Virus record (IMG/VR): IMGVR_UViG_3300022660_000072
Direction: 5' to 3' (one strand)
DNA from: an uncultured virus (IMG/VR IMGVR_UViG_3300022660_000072)
Taxonomy: Duplodnaviria; Heunggongvirae; Uroviricota; Caudoviricetes
DNA length: 64,000 nt
Below, piece by piece: positions 1 to 9,521 of the stretch. A program made the translations under genes and the position numbers. The notes under the pieces are model-generated. The model saw nothing but the letters and a program-made list of their open reading frames with translations. It did no database searches and was not told the origin of the DNA. Each line of letters begins with the position of its first letter. The stretch's first letter is position 1.

Positions 1-1
1 T

Positions 2-1192
2 ACTTATCTATGGGGTAAAGGTATTAATTTTATCAATAGTGGCGGTCATACAAGAATGTTTATTGCCGATGGCGGCAATGTCGGCATAGGAACTACAAGC
101 CCCGCTTACAAGCTGGATGTGAATGGTGTAATAAGAGCGGGCAACAATAATATTCAAACAATAATAGATGACGCGTGGGGCGTCAGCTGGAAATATAACG
201 GTACGGGAGGATGGAATAGAGGACTTCGCTTTGTTGTGAACGATGAAACATTCGCTGCTTACGGCGCACATTCGGGCACTGGCGCATATATCGGAAAAAC
301 ATATACAGATTACTGGTTTTCTATCAATGCTACAAACGCGACGTTCCGTACGCCTCTATCTGTAAGTGGCGCAGTCACCATGTCAAGCACCTTAGATGTA
401 ACTTCACACATAACTACAAGTAACAGGGTCTATGCACCATATGTGTTTTTAGGAAAAGGTGCTCAAGGTATATATCTACACACAACTGGTATTTCATGGC
501 ATAACACATCAAATAGTTATGTTTCCTCCCTTGTTGACTTTGCGTCTGATGCTATTGCCCTTCAAAAAGCAGTCACAATGTCAAGTTCATTGAATGTAAG
601 TGGTGTAACAAGTATTGGAGTAGCACAATACGCTTATGACTCATCGAGGGCGCAGTTTTCTGTGATATCATCACAGGCACAACCAGCAATGCTTTGGCTT
701 GGCTCAAACTCTGAGAAGAAATGGTCTATAGAATCTCGTGGAAGTGGAGATAATTATAGATTTTCATTGTATAGTTGGACATCATCAAAGCATATTCTCA
801 ATATAGAGCATAGTGGGGTGGCAACACTTGATGGCAACCTCGTCGTATCGGGTGACACCGCCACTGGTTCGGACATCCGCTTTAAGGATAGGATAGCCGA
901 CCATCGCATCGCACTCTCGGACATCGCAGAAGCACCGCTTTTCACATTCAAGTGGAACGACAGGGATGACAAGACCGAACACCTCGGTACATCCGCTCAG
1001 TATTGGGAGAAGGTTGCTCCATGGCTTGTGAAGGGTACGGACTTCAAGGTGCTTGACTATTCGACCCTTGGCGTTGCGATAGGCATTTCCCTTGCTAATA
1101 AGACACTCAATCACGAAGAAAAGATTAAGATATTGGAAAATAAAATCGAGGCTTTAGAAGCCGAAAATAGGAGGTTAAGATATGGCAGTTAG
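2..1192 (+). CDS. Tail fibre/spike protein, C-terminal part, with intramolecular chaperone (peptidase S74-like) domain; 5'-truncated
   Basis: Frame open from base 2; GNVGIGTTSPAYKLDVNG repeat; SDIRFKD...F.WND...LGTSAQ chaperone motif; terminal coiled coil. Confidence 0.85.
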   Translation, partial: TYLWGKGINFINSGGHTRMFIADGGNVGIGTTSPAYKLDVNGVIRAGNNNIQTIIDDAWGVSWKYNGTGGWNRGLRFVVNDETFAAYGAHSGTGAYIGKTYTDYWFSINATNATFRTPLSVSGAVTMSSTLDVTSHITTSNRVYAPYVFLGKGAQGIYLHTTGISWHNTSNSYVSSLVDFASDAIALQKAVTMSSSLNVSGVTSIGVAQYAYDSSRAQFSVISSQAQPAMLWLGSNSEKKWSIESRGSGDNYRFSLYSWTSSKHILNIEHSGVATLDGNLVVSGDTATGSDIRFKDRIADHRIALSDIAEAPLFTFKWNDRDDKTEHLGTSAQYWEKVAPWLVKGTDFKVLDYSTLGVAIGISLANKTLNHEEKIKILENKIEALEAENRRLRYGS

Positions 1193-2486
1193 TGGTAACG
1201 TATTCACAATGGCAGACAACAACACGGAGACCCACACGGCTCTGTGTCAACAGCTCGCGGGGCTGATTAACTCCGCATCAAGTGACTTTGAGGACTTGTG
1301 CCAGAGCAGCATGATTAAGAAGTTCGCTAGGTATAAGCCCGAAGACTATAATACTCCTGTGAATCTTACTGAAGCCCAAAGAAAGGAAAATCACTATGGC
1401 TTTGGTAAGGAGTCGTTATATTTCAAGGCAGGCTTTTCAACAGAACCTCATGCCGTGTATGAGTATATCAAGCCCAAAGGAGGTGCAACATCTCCTAATA
1501 GAATGCGAGATTGGGATGGTTATTACCATGGTGCTGTAAGTCCGTTGTATCTTGACTTTCCGAGAGACTTATATATTGACTATGCAAATGGAGTAAGTAT
1601 CATAGCCAATAGTACAGGAAAGAGTGGTTACGACCCAGCAAAATGTGTGACGCTTGGTGATATACTTAAAGCGCCCAATGATATGTATGTTGCATTGTAT
1701 ATTTTTTATACAGGAAGTATGCAATGGCTTCTACCTACTAATGTAAAAGTTAATGACTTATCGGTATCTACATTCCCTAACATTCTATTTGCATATAGCG
1801 AAAGCGTATTACCTTCTGATGTTTCAGGTAATATTTATCCTTATGTTATTCCAGAATTGGCTGATAGAGAAGATGAAGAATTGCTTTTGATTGCTGTGGG
1901 CGTGCAGAATTTGACCTACCAAACAGACAAGATACCTCTTTCTGTAGGAAGTGCAACAAAGCCGATTGGCGATAGATGGCTGTTTTCGATGGAGATAGAA
2001 AAAAATGCCGACAGGAAGACTATTGTTGCCATCATGGGTAAGGTTCTCACTGGGCTGAAAGGAACGCTCACAGCCAACCTCGGTTATGCAACCAAGAGAA
2101 GCACAATCAATGGTCGTCAGACCTATGTCCTAAACAATGTTTCGTCTTCGCTGAAATTGGTAACACCAAGCGAATGGCTGTTTACTCAGCAAGACCCTAT
2201 ATACATTCAGGTGAATATCACCAATGCGTATGGAGTGATGTACAAGCTTGACGGAACGCAAGTTAATGGAATAGAGCAGCAATATACGATGTATATGTAT
2301 GGCGCAAATCAGACGTTTACATTGGATTCTGTTCTGAATACACTCATGAACTATCAGTTTGATGATTGGAGTAACGGTTCTCAACTTGCATTTACTATTT
2401 CTATTTACGCTAGAAAATATCAGAACAGCACCCAAGGACAGGTAACTATTTTGTCAGCAAAAACTTATTACGTTTCAAAACCTTAA
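1182..2486 (+). CDS. Tail-associated/receptor-binding protein (putative)
   Basis: 434 aa, overlaps the fibre gene; FARYKP and PKGGATSP.R..DWDGY motifs as in Bacteroidetes phage tail-distal proteins; beta-rich C-terminus. Confidence 0.55.
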   Translation: MAVSGNVFTMADNNTETHTALCQQLAGLINSASSDFEDLCQSSMIKKFARYKPEDYNTPVNLTEAQRKENHYGFGKESLYFKAGFSTEPHAVYEYIKPKGGATSPNRMRDWDGYYHGAVSPLYLDFPRDLYIDYANGVSIIANSTGKSGYDPAKCVTLGDILKAPNDMYVALYIFYTGSMQWLLPTNVKVNDLSVSTFPNILFAYSESVLPSDVSGNIYPYVIPELADREDEELLLIAVGVQNLTYQTDKIPLSVGSATKPIGDRWLFSMEIEKNADRKTIVAIMGKVLTGLKGTLTANLGYATKRSTINGRQTYVLNNVSSSLKLVTPSEWLFTQQDPIYIQVNITNAYGVMYKLDGTQVNGIEQQYTMYMYGANQTFTLDSVLNTLMNYQFDDWSNGSQLAFTISIYARKYQNSTQGQVTILSAKTYYVSKP

Positions 2487-2498
2487 TATTATAGTATT

Positions 2499-2693
2499 AT
2501 GAAAAAAGGAATCATTACAACTTATGCGATGGCTATCTATGTGATAGTCTTCATCATCTGCTCGGCAGGAGCAATCTATCACGGCATCAACGCCCACGAG
2601 TACATCTTCACCGTTGCGGGCATCCTTAACCTTATCTTCGGAGGATGGACAGCCTACAAGGTATGGAGAAGTGATAATCCTAAAGCAGAGTAA
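2499..2693 (+). CDS. Small two-TM membrane protein
   Basis: 64 aa with two hydrophobic stretches. Confidence 0.6.
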   Translation: MKKGIITTYAMAIYVIVFIICSAGAIYHGINAHEYIFTVAGILNLIFGGWTAYKVWRSDNPKAE

Positions 2694-2696
2694 GCC

Positions 2697-3209
2697 ATGA
2701 AACGAAACACAGCAATTGCGATGTATCAGGCAGTCCTGGGCATCAAGCTCAACAAGATGAGCGACGACATGACAGAAGCGATTATCAGCAACACGCTTGC
2801 TCTCGCAGATGTTAACAACTCATTCCAGAATGCTCAGACCACAGCAAGGAAGCTTACAGTCGAGACTATTGACAAGGATAGACTCGCCGCTTATGACGAG
2901 CTCACCACAAAGATGAACGCTCTCGAAGGCACAAAGAGAATGGCTGTTCAGGCAGTTATCAACGATAACTACAAGGATGTGCAATCTCAGCTCAAGAAAC
3001 TCAACAAGGCTATTGATGCATACCTTGACAAGGATGCGGAAGTAGAACTCAAGCAGATTGACCGAAAGGAGTTCTGCAAGGCTTGCAGAGATGCAGAGCA
3101 GAACCTAATTCCGGCAACCATGCAGGTTCTCGCTCCTATCTTCAACGGATATGTCGAGCCTAAGAACGATGTGGACGACGCTGAGATCAAGGCTCTACTT
3201 GATGAATAA
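2697..3209 (+). CDS. Hypothetical protein
   Basis: 170 aa ORF in operon. Confidence 0.6.
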   Translation: MKRNTAIAMYQAVLGIKLNKMSDDMTEAIISNTLALADVNNSFQNAQTTARKLTVETIDKDRLAAYDELTTKMNALEGTKRMAVQAVINDNYKDVQSQLKKLNKAIDAYLDKDAEVELKQIDRKEFCKACRDAEQNLIPATMQVLAPIFNGYVEPKNDVDDAEIKALLDE

Positions 3210-3232
3210 TTAACCCCTTAAATTGATATATC

Positions 3233-3547
3233 ATGGGAACAGTAACAAACCTCACAACAACAGGCAACTACGAAGCAGTTTCGGGAAGCCTGAAGACTAC
3301 ATTTTCATTCGCCATAGACCACGGCACCGGAAAGCTCAAGAACATCAACGGAGGCAATGTGACAGAAGGTGATGATGAGCCTAAGTCAATCGCTGACTTC
3401 CATACCGTAGAATATGGTAGTCCGGACGGCAATGAGATGCGTGTCAATATGAACATCATCAAAGGCAGAGAGATAGAGGTAGCAACCGCTATCTCCGAAG
3501 CAATAGCAGGTCTCGAAGCAAAGATCGCTAAGGGCGAAGCTCTCTAA
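3233..3547 (+). CDS. Hypothetical protein
   Basis: 104 aa ORF followed by a hairpin. Confidence 0.6.
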   Translation: MGTVTNLTTTGNYEAVSGSLKTTFSFAIDHGTGKLKNINGGNVTEGDDEPKSIADFHTVEYGSPDGNEMRVNMNIIKGREIEVATAISEAIAGLEAKIAKGEAL

Positions 3548-3554
3548 TTCATGT

Positions 3555-3583
3555 TTGCTCCCTGCTTCGGTGGGGAGCATCTT
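3555..3583 (+). terminator. Hairpin, possible terminator
   Basis: tgctccctgc-ttcg-gtggggagca stem-loop; weak U tract. Confidence 0.45.
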
Positions 3584-3603
3584 AAAACTTGACTTGAAAA
3601 GAC

Positions 3604-4083
3604 ATGTGGAATTTACATTTGAATCTCACTCAGGACATAGGACACGGAATCACAATCATATTCATGTGTTGTGTCCTTGTTATAGCAGCTTGTCTCATTG
3701 ACTTGTGGACTGGCATAGATGCAGCAAGAAAGAATCGTGAAAAGATACGGAGCAAGGCACTCCGCAGAACGGTAGCCAAGGCTCTTGACTATCTTCGTGT
3801 GGTTATCTTCGGTGTGCTGATTGATGTACTCGGATTGTCTTTCACATGGTATATTATTCCTTATGCTGCCGTAGTCTGCACCCTTGGAATCCTCATCATT
3901 GAGGGCAAAAGTGTCTTGGAGAACTTTCAGAAAAAGAAGTCAAGTGCAGCACAAGTGGCAGACATTATAGAAGCCATTGTTGAAGCAACAGACAACGAGA
4001 CTGCCGAGAAGATCGTAAAGGCAATCAAGGCAGACGGAAAACTTAGAAAGGAGGAAAAAAAGAATGGCAAAGGCAATCTTTGA
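3604..4083 (+). CDS. Phage holin
   Basis: Hydrophobic helices; DLWTGI..A.....IRS..LRRT..K..DY and IEGKSVLEN motifs of Bacteroidetes phage holins; upstream of the amidase. Confidence 0.8.
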   Translation: MWNLHLNLTQDIGHGITIIFMCCVLVIAACLIDLWTGIDAARKNREKIRSKALRRTVAKALDYLRVVIFGVLIDVLGLSFTWYIIPYAAVVCTLGILIIEGKSVLENFQKKKSSAAQVADIIEAIVEATDNETAEKIVKAIKADGKLRKEEKKNGKGNL

Positions 4084-4273
4084 AACGAGGGATAAGCAGC
4101 TTATTCCTTTGGATGATATCCAACATATCAATGCTAGACCGAAAGAGAATCAAAAGCCTGGCTATGAGACAATGACCGTGCTTTATAAAGGAGGTCTCAA
4201 AGTGGAAGTTCCACTTGTTGAATATGATCACTTGTATAAAAGTTGGGAGGAAAGAAGAAATGGCAAAAGATAA
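4064..4273 (+). CDS. Hypothetical protein
   Basis: 69 aa, overlaps both neighbours. Confidence 0.5.
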   Translation: MAKAIFETRDKQLIPLDDIQHINARPKENQKPGYETMTVLYKGGLKVEVPLVEYDHLYKSWEERRNGKR

Positions 4274-4877
4274 TGTATTGATACTTGTCGACAATGGACA
4301 TGGCAATAACACCCCTGGAAAGAGAAGCCCGGACGGAAAGTTGATAGAAGCTACCTATACAAGAGAGATTGCTTCAAAGGTTGTTTCTGAACTAAGAAGA
4401 CTTGGCTACGATGCTGATTTCCTCACCCCGGAGCTATACGATGTTAGTCTTTTGGAGAGAGTGCATAGAGTCAATGTAAAGTGCCATTCTATGGGAAAAG
4501 AAAATGTCCTTTGTGTGTCCATTCATTGTAATGCTGCCGGCAGTGGAAGCAAATGGATGAATGCTACAGGATGGGAGGTTTGGACATCGCCTGGAAAGAC
4601 TAAGAGTGACGATCTTGCAGACCATTTCATGTCAATGGCAAAGCGCCACTTTGAAGGTCAGACCATAAGGGAATGGAAGCAAGTTGACGGAGAAAGAGAC
4701 AAGGAAGCGAAGTTTACTATCCTAACCGATACCCTCTGTCCCGCAGTGCTGACTGAGAACTTCTTTATGGATAGTAAGACGGATGTAAAGTATCTGCTGT
4801 CTACCGAAGGAAGGAATGCAGTTATACGATGTCATGTTGATGCAATAGTTTCGTATATAGCTGCTACAATGGATTAG
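4260..4877 (+). CDS. Endolysin, N-acetylmuramoyl-L-alanine amidase (Amidase_3)
   Basis: LVDNGHG, E, VSIHCNA and PAVLTENFFMD zinc-amidase motifs. Confidence 0.93.
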   Translation: MAKDNVLILVDNGHGNNTPGKRSPDGKLIEATYTREIASKVVSELRRLGYDADFLTPELYDVSLLERVHRVNVKCHSMGKENVLCVSIHCNAAGSGSKWMNATGWEVWTSPGKTKSDDLADHFMSMAKRHFEGQTIREWKQVDGERDKEAKFTILTDTLCPAVLTENFFMDSKTDVKYLLSTEGRNAVIRCHVDAIVSYIAATMD

Positions 4878-4953
4878 AGGGAATTCCCTCAAAATTCCTC
4901 ATTATTCCCCATGTTTGTATGGTGAAAGTAATAATCAAATAAAGTAAGTTATT

Positions 4954-5391
4954 ATGTATTTAGACATTGAAGCAAAATCAGTTGAACTAGCAAAAAGTAT
5001 AGTAGAGTTCACCCCGGAAATCAAAGCAGCAGAAGGAGTTATTGGTACTGCTTATGTAAAAGGAGCAACCGATATGCTTGAGGCTATCGAAAAGAATCAT
5101 TACATAGTCGAAGCCACTAGGGTTACGGAGACCAACATGAATGACATGACCCACGAAGATGAGGTTATGTTCAACAAGGATATGCGAAAGCAGATCGATG
5201 AAATTCTGCAGATGGTAAAGCTTGCTCCTTCAAGCAGGGAACGAAGTCTGTCAATCACAAAGCTCCAAGAAGCCATTATGTGGCTCGGAATGGACCTTAA
5301 GAGATTGGATGAACCAAACCCCTATCCGTCAAGCAAAGACCCGTCAACAGGCTCTAAGATTGAACCTACGGCAGACGGACTAAATATGTAA
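4954..5391 (+). CDS. Acb2/Tad1-like helical-hairpin protein (candidate nucleotide-signal sponge)
   Basis: SRERSLSITKLQEAIMWLG motif. Confidence 0.6.
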   Translation: MYLDIEAKSVELAKSIVEFTPEIKAAEGVIGTAYVKGATDMLEAIEKNHYIVEATRVTETNMNDMTHEDEVMFNKDMRKQIDEILQMVKLAPSSRERSLSITKLQEAIMWLGMDLKRLDEPNPYPSSKDPSTGSKIEPTADGLNM

Positions 5392-5402
5392 GTAAAAGGC
5401 GT

Positions 5403-5906
5403 ATGAAGGAGTTTATTTTCACGATATTGCTGTTCTTGCTAATGTCGTGCGGAACAGTAAGCAAGGCACCTTCTCCTGGTCCTTCTGTAAGAGATAGTGT
5501 AAGAATAGTTACTAATGTTGAAACGATATATGTAAAAGACACTGTCTTTGTAAGTGTTCCCTCTCAAGAAAAGGAGAATACTACACAGGATTCACATTCG
5601 CACCTTGAAACAGACTTTGCCGAAAGTGATGCTAGTATAGATAGTTCCGGTAGGCTGCATCATACATTGAATAATAAGAAAGGAAAAGTCCCGGTTCCTA
5701 CAGAGACACCTGTAGTAAAAAAAGACAGTGTAGTATTTCGTGATAGGGAAGTGGAAGTTCCGAAGCCGTACCCAGTAGAAGTAAAGGTGCCTAGAGACCT
5801 TACCTGGTGGCAGAAGACTCAGATGATAGGATTTTGGATTGCCTTATCCCTTTTGATGCTGAAATATAGAAAGTCTATTTTTGGGTTTATACGCAGATTT
5901 ATATAA
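5403..5906 (+). CDS. Unimolecular spanin-like lipoprotein
   Basis: N-terminal lipobox (LLMSC), beta-rich middle, C-terminal TM with basic tail; in lysis cassette. Confidence 0.7.
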   Translation: MKEFIFTILLFLLMSCGTVSKAPSPGPSVRDSVRIVTNVETIYVKDTVFVSVPSQEKENTTQDSHSHLETDFAESDASIDSSGRLHHTLNNKKGKVPVPTETPVVKKDSVVFRDREVEVPKPYPVEVKVPRDLTWWQKTQMIGFWIALSLLMLKYRKSIFGFIRRFI

Positions 5907-5929
5907 TAATGTACAAGAATGTACAGTGA

Positions 5930-5963
5930 AACGGATGTTATCAATGGATAATGTCCGTTTTTT
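5930..5963 (+). terminator. Intrinsic terminator
   Basis: aaacggatgttatc-aatg-gataatgtccgtttttt. Confidence 0.65.
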
Positions 5964-6123
5964 GTGTAAAAATGTACAATGAATCTTATTTTCCTATCAT
6001 AAGTTGTTGAGTTGTTTTAGTTTAGTCAATGAAAGTAAAATAAGCACTATTGACAGTGCTTATTTTGTTTGGCAAGGATGTTGGAACTCAGATGAAGCAT
6101 GTAGTTCATTAAAAACAGATTGT

Positions 6124-6498
6124 ATGTGTGATTCGAAAACAATGGAGGAATTGATGAAAGACATCAGTTCTTTGGCAAATGGCATTGAATGGAACAATGG
6201 TGAACCTAAAGGTGTGATATGTATCTCATACGACAAAGGTGATGTAATGTGCAATGCATATGGCAATAGCAGGTGTGTTATCTCAGCTATAGTAAGTATG
6301 ATGATATGCGATAAAGACGTAAGAGAGATAATGCACAGCGCATTTAAGGCATATTCGGAGTATAATGCAAAGCATATATCAGGTTCTATAGGTCCATTGA
6401 TTCAGCATGTTGAAAATATACAAAGACAAGCTTTGCATGCAGAACAGCAAGACTATGCTCCATGTGTTTTCGACTGTAAGTTTAGACCGAAAAGTTGA
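6124..6498 (+). CDS. Hypothetical protein (moron-like, between two terminators)
   Basis: AT-rich ORF; start uncertain. Confidence 0.5.
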   Translation: MCDSKTMEELMKDISSLANGIEWNNGEPKGVICISYDKGDVMCNAYGNSRCVISAIVSMMICDKDVREIMHSAFKAYSEYNAKHISGSIGPLIQHVENIQRQALHAEQQDYAPCVFDCKFRPKS

Positions 6499-6525
6499 TA
6501 TTTCTATATTGAGCAATAACTTGAT

Positions 6526-6556
6526 AGCCACTACTATATGTAGTGGCTTTTCTTTT
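6526..6556 (+). terminator. Intrinsic terminator
   Basis: agccactac-tatat-gtagtggct-tttctttt. Confidence 0.7.
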
Positions 6557-6588
6557 GTAATGACCGGAGATGTGTAATTTTTATTACG

Positions 6589-6879
6589 ATGGGAAAGAGC
6601 GAAGATTTCAGCAAGGTCATCAAGGTCGTGACTGAACTGACAGATGTGACTGAACAGGATGTTCTTGGAAAGTCAAGAGTGAAGGAGGTAGTAGATGCAA
6701 GGTGGCTGGTCATCTACTTTATGAGGATGAAAGGTTATTGTTCGAAAGAGATTTCGGAGTTGATCCGTCACCCAAGTAGAACAGTAAATCATGCTTTGCA
6801 TACACTACCTATGAGATTGAAGCTAATAAGTAGTGACATCGGCAATAACTTCGAACTAGCTAGGCAACAACTCCTTTAG
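6589..6879 (+). CDS. Stand-alone DnaA C-terminal-like HTH DNA-binding protein
   Basis: DVLGKSR..EVVDAR...IYFM.......EI...I.H..RTV.HAL pattern of DnaA domain IV. Confidence 0.7.
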   Translation: MGKSEDFSKVIKVVTELTDVTEQDVLGKSRVKEVVDARWLVIYFMRMKGYCSKEISELIRHPSRTVNHALHTLPMRLKLISSDIGNNFELARQQLL

Positions 6880-6947
6880 GAGGCAATAACTATGTCTGAC
6901 TTTTGTGGCGTGATAGCAATGGTGCTGTCACGCTAAACTTTTTAATT

Positions 6948-7820
6948 ATGTCAGACACAAAAGTGTATCAGTTCGGCACAGAGGGCAATGCTTCTCTGAA
7001 TGCCCTTCTTCCATTCCTACAGCAGAGGGGAATTGACCCTGCTATCCTGTACAACATGGGAGGAAACAATGGTGGTTTCTTCGGAAACAATGGCTTTGAG
7101 AGCATCATCGCTCTTATCATCGTAGCCGCTCTCTTTGGAAACAACAATGGAGGTGGCATCTTCGGAGGAGGTGGCAACAGCAACTCCGCAGAGAGAGAAA
7201 TGCTCATGTCCGCTATTCAGCGTAATGGCACAGACCTCTCACAGCTCGCTCAGACAATCGGTTGCTCAACTGCAAGAGTGCAGGATGCTGTAACTCAGGT
7301 GTCTACTCAGATTTGCAATCTCGCAGGTCAGAACGCAATGTCATTCCAGCAGGTAATCAACGCACTCCAGGCAGGCAACGCAAGTCTTGCTACTCAGCTC
7401 GCAACTTGTTGCTGCGATCTCAAGGGCATAATGAGTGAGGGCTTCTCCTCAATAGGTTATGCTTTCAAAGACCAGACTTGCAGCATCGAAAAGGCAATCG
7501 CATCATCAACTGCACAGATTCTAGAAGGTCAGAGAGCAGCCGAGATGCGTGAACTCCAGGACAAGCTCGATGCTCTCCGTGAGAAAAACTCACAGCAGGC
7601 AGCAATGCTTAACAACGCACAGCAGACAGCTCAGTTCCATGCAATGCTCGCCCCTATCGCAGAGGATGTAGCAAGCATCAAGTGCAAGTTGCCAAAGACA
7701 GAGGTTATCCCTGCCACTCCAGAGTATGTTCGTGTAGATCGTAGCATCAACGCACCATTCTGTGGAGGCTTCGGAGGTTTCGGATTCCCATTTGGTTTCG
7801 GATTTAACAACGCATTCTAA
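6948..7820 (+). CDS. Conserved gut-phage Gly-rich/coiled-coil protein with CCC motif, function unknown
   Basis: GGNNGGFFG-hydrophobic helix-GNNNGGG, LATCCCD, coiled coil, C-terminal CGGFGG. Confidence 0.75.
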   Translation: MSDTKVYQFGTEGNASLNALLPFLQQRGIDPAILYNMGGNNGGFFGNNGFESIIALIIVAALFGNNNGGGIFGGGGNSNSAEREMLMSAIQRNGTDLSQLAQTIGCSTARVQDAVTQVSTQICNLAGQNAMSFQQVINALQAGNASLATQLATCCCDLKGIMSEGFSSIGYAFKDQTCSIEKAIASSTAQILEGQRAAEMRELQDKLDALREKNSQQAAMLNNAQQTAQFHAMLAPIAEDVASIKCKLPKTEVIPATPEYVRVDRSINAPFCGGFGGFGFPFGFGFNNAF

Positions 7821-7831
7821 ACCTTACGAGT

Positions 7832-8197
7832 ATGTTTATCTTAGACAGAACTATAGGAATAGAAAGTAGAGGCGTTACCGCAACAGCTACAAATGTGACC
7901 TACACATTTGATGCTTTTAGGAACAATGCTTTTACTGGTCTGTTGCTCGTTGATTTGCAACAGCCTATTCCAACGGCTGCTACAGATACTCTGCCCGTCC
8001 TCTTTGGCTCAGTTCAGCTTCTCAACTCAAGTGGAGGTCAAGCAACTGTAGCTGACTTAGGTGGAGCAGATACAGCAAGCCTTGTACTTGTTTACTATAA
8101 CAGCCGAACAGGTAGATTGCAATTGGTTGGAACTTATGAAGCACCTGCGGCTGCTGCGGCTGCTGCTTCGGCACCGGAGGCTTCGGGTTCGTTTTAA
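7832..8197 (+). CDS. Hypothetical beta-rich protein
   Basis: 121 aa in operon. Confidence 0.6.
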   Translation: MFILDRTIGIESRGVTATATNVTYTFDAFRNNAFTGLLLVDLQQPIPTAATDTLPVLFGSVQLLNSSGGQATVADLGGADTASLVLVYYNSRTGRLQLVGTYEAPAAAAAAASAPEASGSF

Positions 8198-8219
8198 GTA
8201 ACAACAAAATGATTTAGAT

Positions 8220-8738
8220 ATGTTTTCAGGGCTTAGACAGAATGGATTGTTCTACATCCTAGAGAAAGGAGAAGAACTAAAGCTCAAGATTGGTCAAGTG
8301 GTAAGTATGACCAATCCACAACCAAAGTATGGTCAGTTTGGCTATAATACGCAGCCGGAGATGGTTGTAGATGTAAAGGTCAAAGTTGACGAAGAAATCC
8401 TTGAGTTCAAACAGCTCAATGCCAATGCTAGTATTGCAAACAGTGGAAGTGTCATTGTAAGTGACAGCAAGGAGGCAATGAGTGCAGAGGTTGAAGGATT
8501 ACTCCATACAAGCAAGGGAATCCTAGATAGTGTTGGTTATCACGAAAAGGTGCTTGCCTCTTGCGATGGAATCCTCAGAGATTTGAATCCAAGTTTCAAG
8601 AAAGAAAAGGAGCATGAAGAGAAGATGACAATGCTTGAGGGAGAGGTAGTCGGCATCAAAGATACCCTTAGGGATATGATGTCCATGCTGTCTAATGCCC
8701 TGGAACAGTCTAAATCTAAAAGAAGTAAGGAGGAATAA
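8220..8738 (+). CDS. Conserved hypothetical protein
   Basis: 172 aa, C-terminal coiled coil. Confidence 0.65.
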   Translation: MFSGLRQNGLFYILEKGEELKLKIGQVVSMTNPQPKYGQFGYNTQPEMVVDVKVKVDEEILEFKQLNANASIANSGSVIVSDSKEAMSAEVEGLLHTSKGILDSVGYHEKVLASCDGILRDLNPSFKKEKEHEEKMTMLEGEVVGIKDTLRDMMSMLSNALEQSKSKRSKEE

Positions 8739-8740
8739 TT

Positions 8741-9043
8741 ATGGGATACATTGTTGAAATCACAGAAGATAAGGTTGAGAAAGTTTCCGACCATATCGAA
8801 AAGGCTCTGAAGTATATGGGAAAAGCCATGCAATGCGTAGAGCAGATGATGGAAGACCCTGAGAGTATGGGCGAAAGAGGAAACTATGGCCAGATGGGTT
8901 CTGGCGGTTCCGGAGGCGGTTCATACGGAGGCAGAGGAAGCCAGGGAGGTGGCTCTTACAGCAGTCGATCAATGTACGGAAACCGATTCGACTATGACGA
9001 TGAGGATGACGACATGAACGAAAGACGCAGAAGACGCAGGTAG
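8741..9043 (+). CDS. Gly/Ser/Arg-rich low-complexity protein
   Basis: N-terminal helix, GS-rich linker, acidic then RRRRRR tail. Confidence 0.65.
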   Translation: MGYIVEITEDKVEKVSDHIEKALKYMGKAMQCVEQMMEDPESMGERGNYGQMGSGGSGGGSYGGRGSQGGGSYSSRSMYGNRFDYDDEDDDMNERRRRRR

Positions 9044-9050
9044 TTAATCA

Positions 9051-9074
9051 GAGGGGAGGAAACTCCCCTCTTTT
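9051..9074 (+). terminator. Intrinsic terminator
   Basis: gaggggag-gaaa-ctcccctc-tttt. Confidence 0.7.
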
Positions 9075-9087
9075 AAGAAAGAGTGAT

Positions 9088-9519
9088 ATGAAAAGAAGAA
9101 CACCTCTTGATATGTATGATGTGGAGATGATGCCTCCTAGGATGAAGGCTTATCTCCGTAACTATGGATACTCATTCTCGAAGAAGGCTTGCGAATGGGC
9201 TGTTTCTTTAATGGAAAGAGAAAGCAAGGCTACTGGAAACCTGGAAAAGATTGAGCCATATTCAAAGGAGAGAGTGGAAGAAATGCTTACAAAGAATGGA
9301 GTTACCCTAAAGAACAACATAGGATACAACTTCGTATATGTAGCAAACATGATCCTTGCCGATTTTTGGAAGGAGTCCATAGAAGATGAACAGCATCTTG
9401 CAAAGCACATTAAGTGCATTATAGATGATGTTGACGACAATCCCGAAAATCTTTTCAGAATGTGGATTGCCAAGATGGATGGAAACGGAGTTCCTATCCC
9501 TTGGGAAGATATATTGTAG
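9088..9519 (+). CDS. Conserved hypothetical protein
   Basis: YLRNYGYSFSKKACEWAVS, YVANMILADF, IPWEDIL. Confidence 0.65.
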   Translation: MKRRTPLDMYDVEMMPPRMKAYLRNYGYSFSKKACEWAVSLMERESKATGNLEKIEPYSKERVEEMLTKNGVTLKNNIGYNFVYVANMILADFWKESIEDEQHLAKHIKCIIDDVDDNPENLFRMWIAKMDGNGVPIPWEDIL

Positions 9520-9521
9520 CC

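Noticed and set aside
1..2486. Diversity-generating retroelement or invertible tail-fibre locus
   Set aside because: No reverse transcriptase, no adenine-mismatched TR/VR pair and no invertase seen; the AVTMSS repeats (about 370 and 570) are ordinary fibre repeats. Such a system could lie outside the window.
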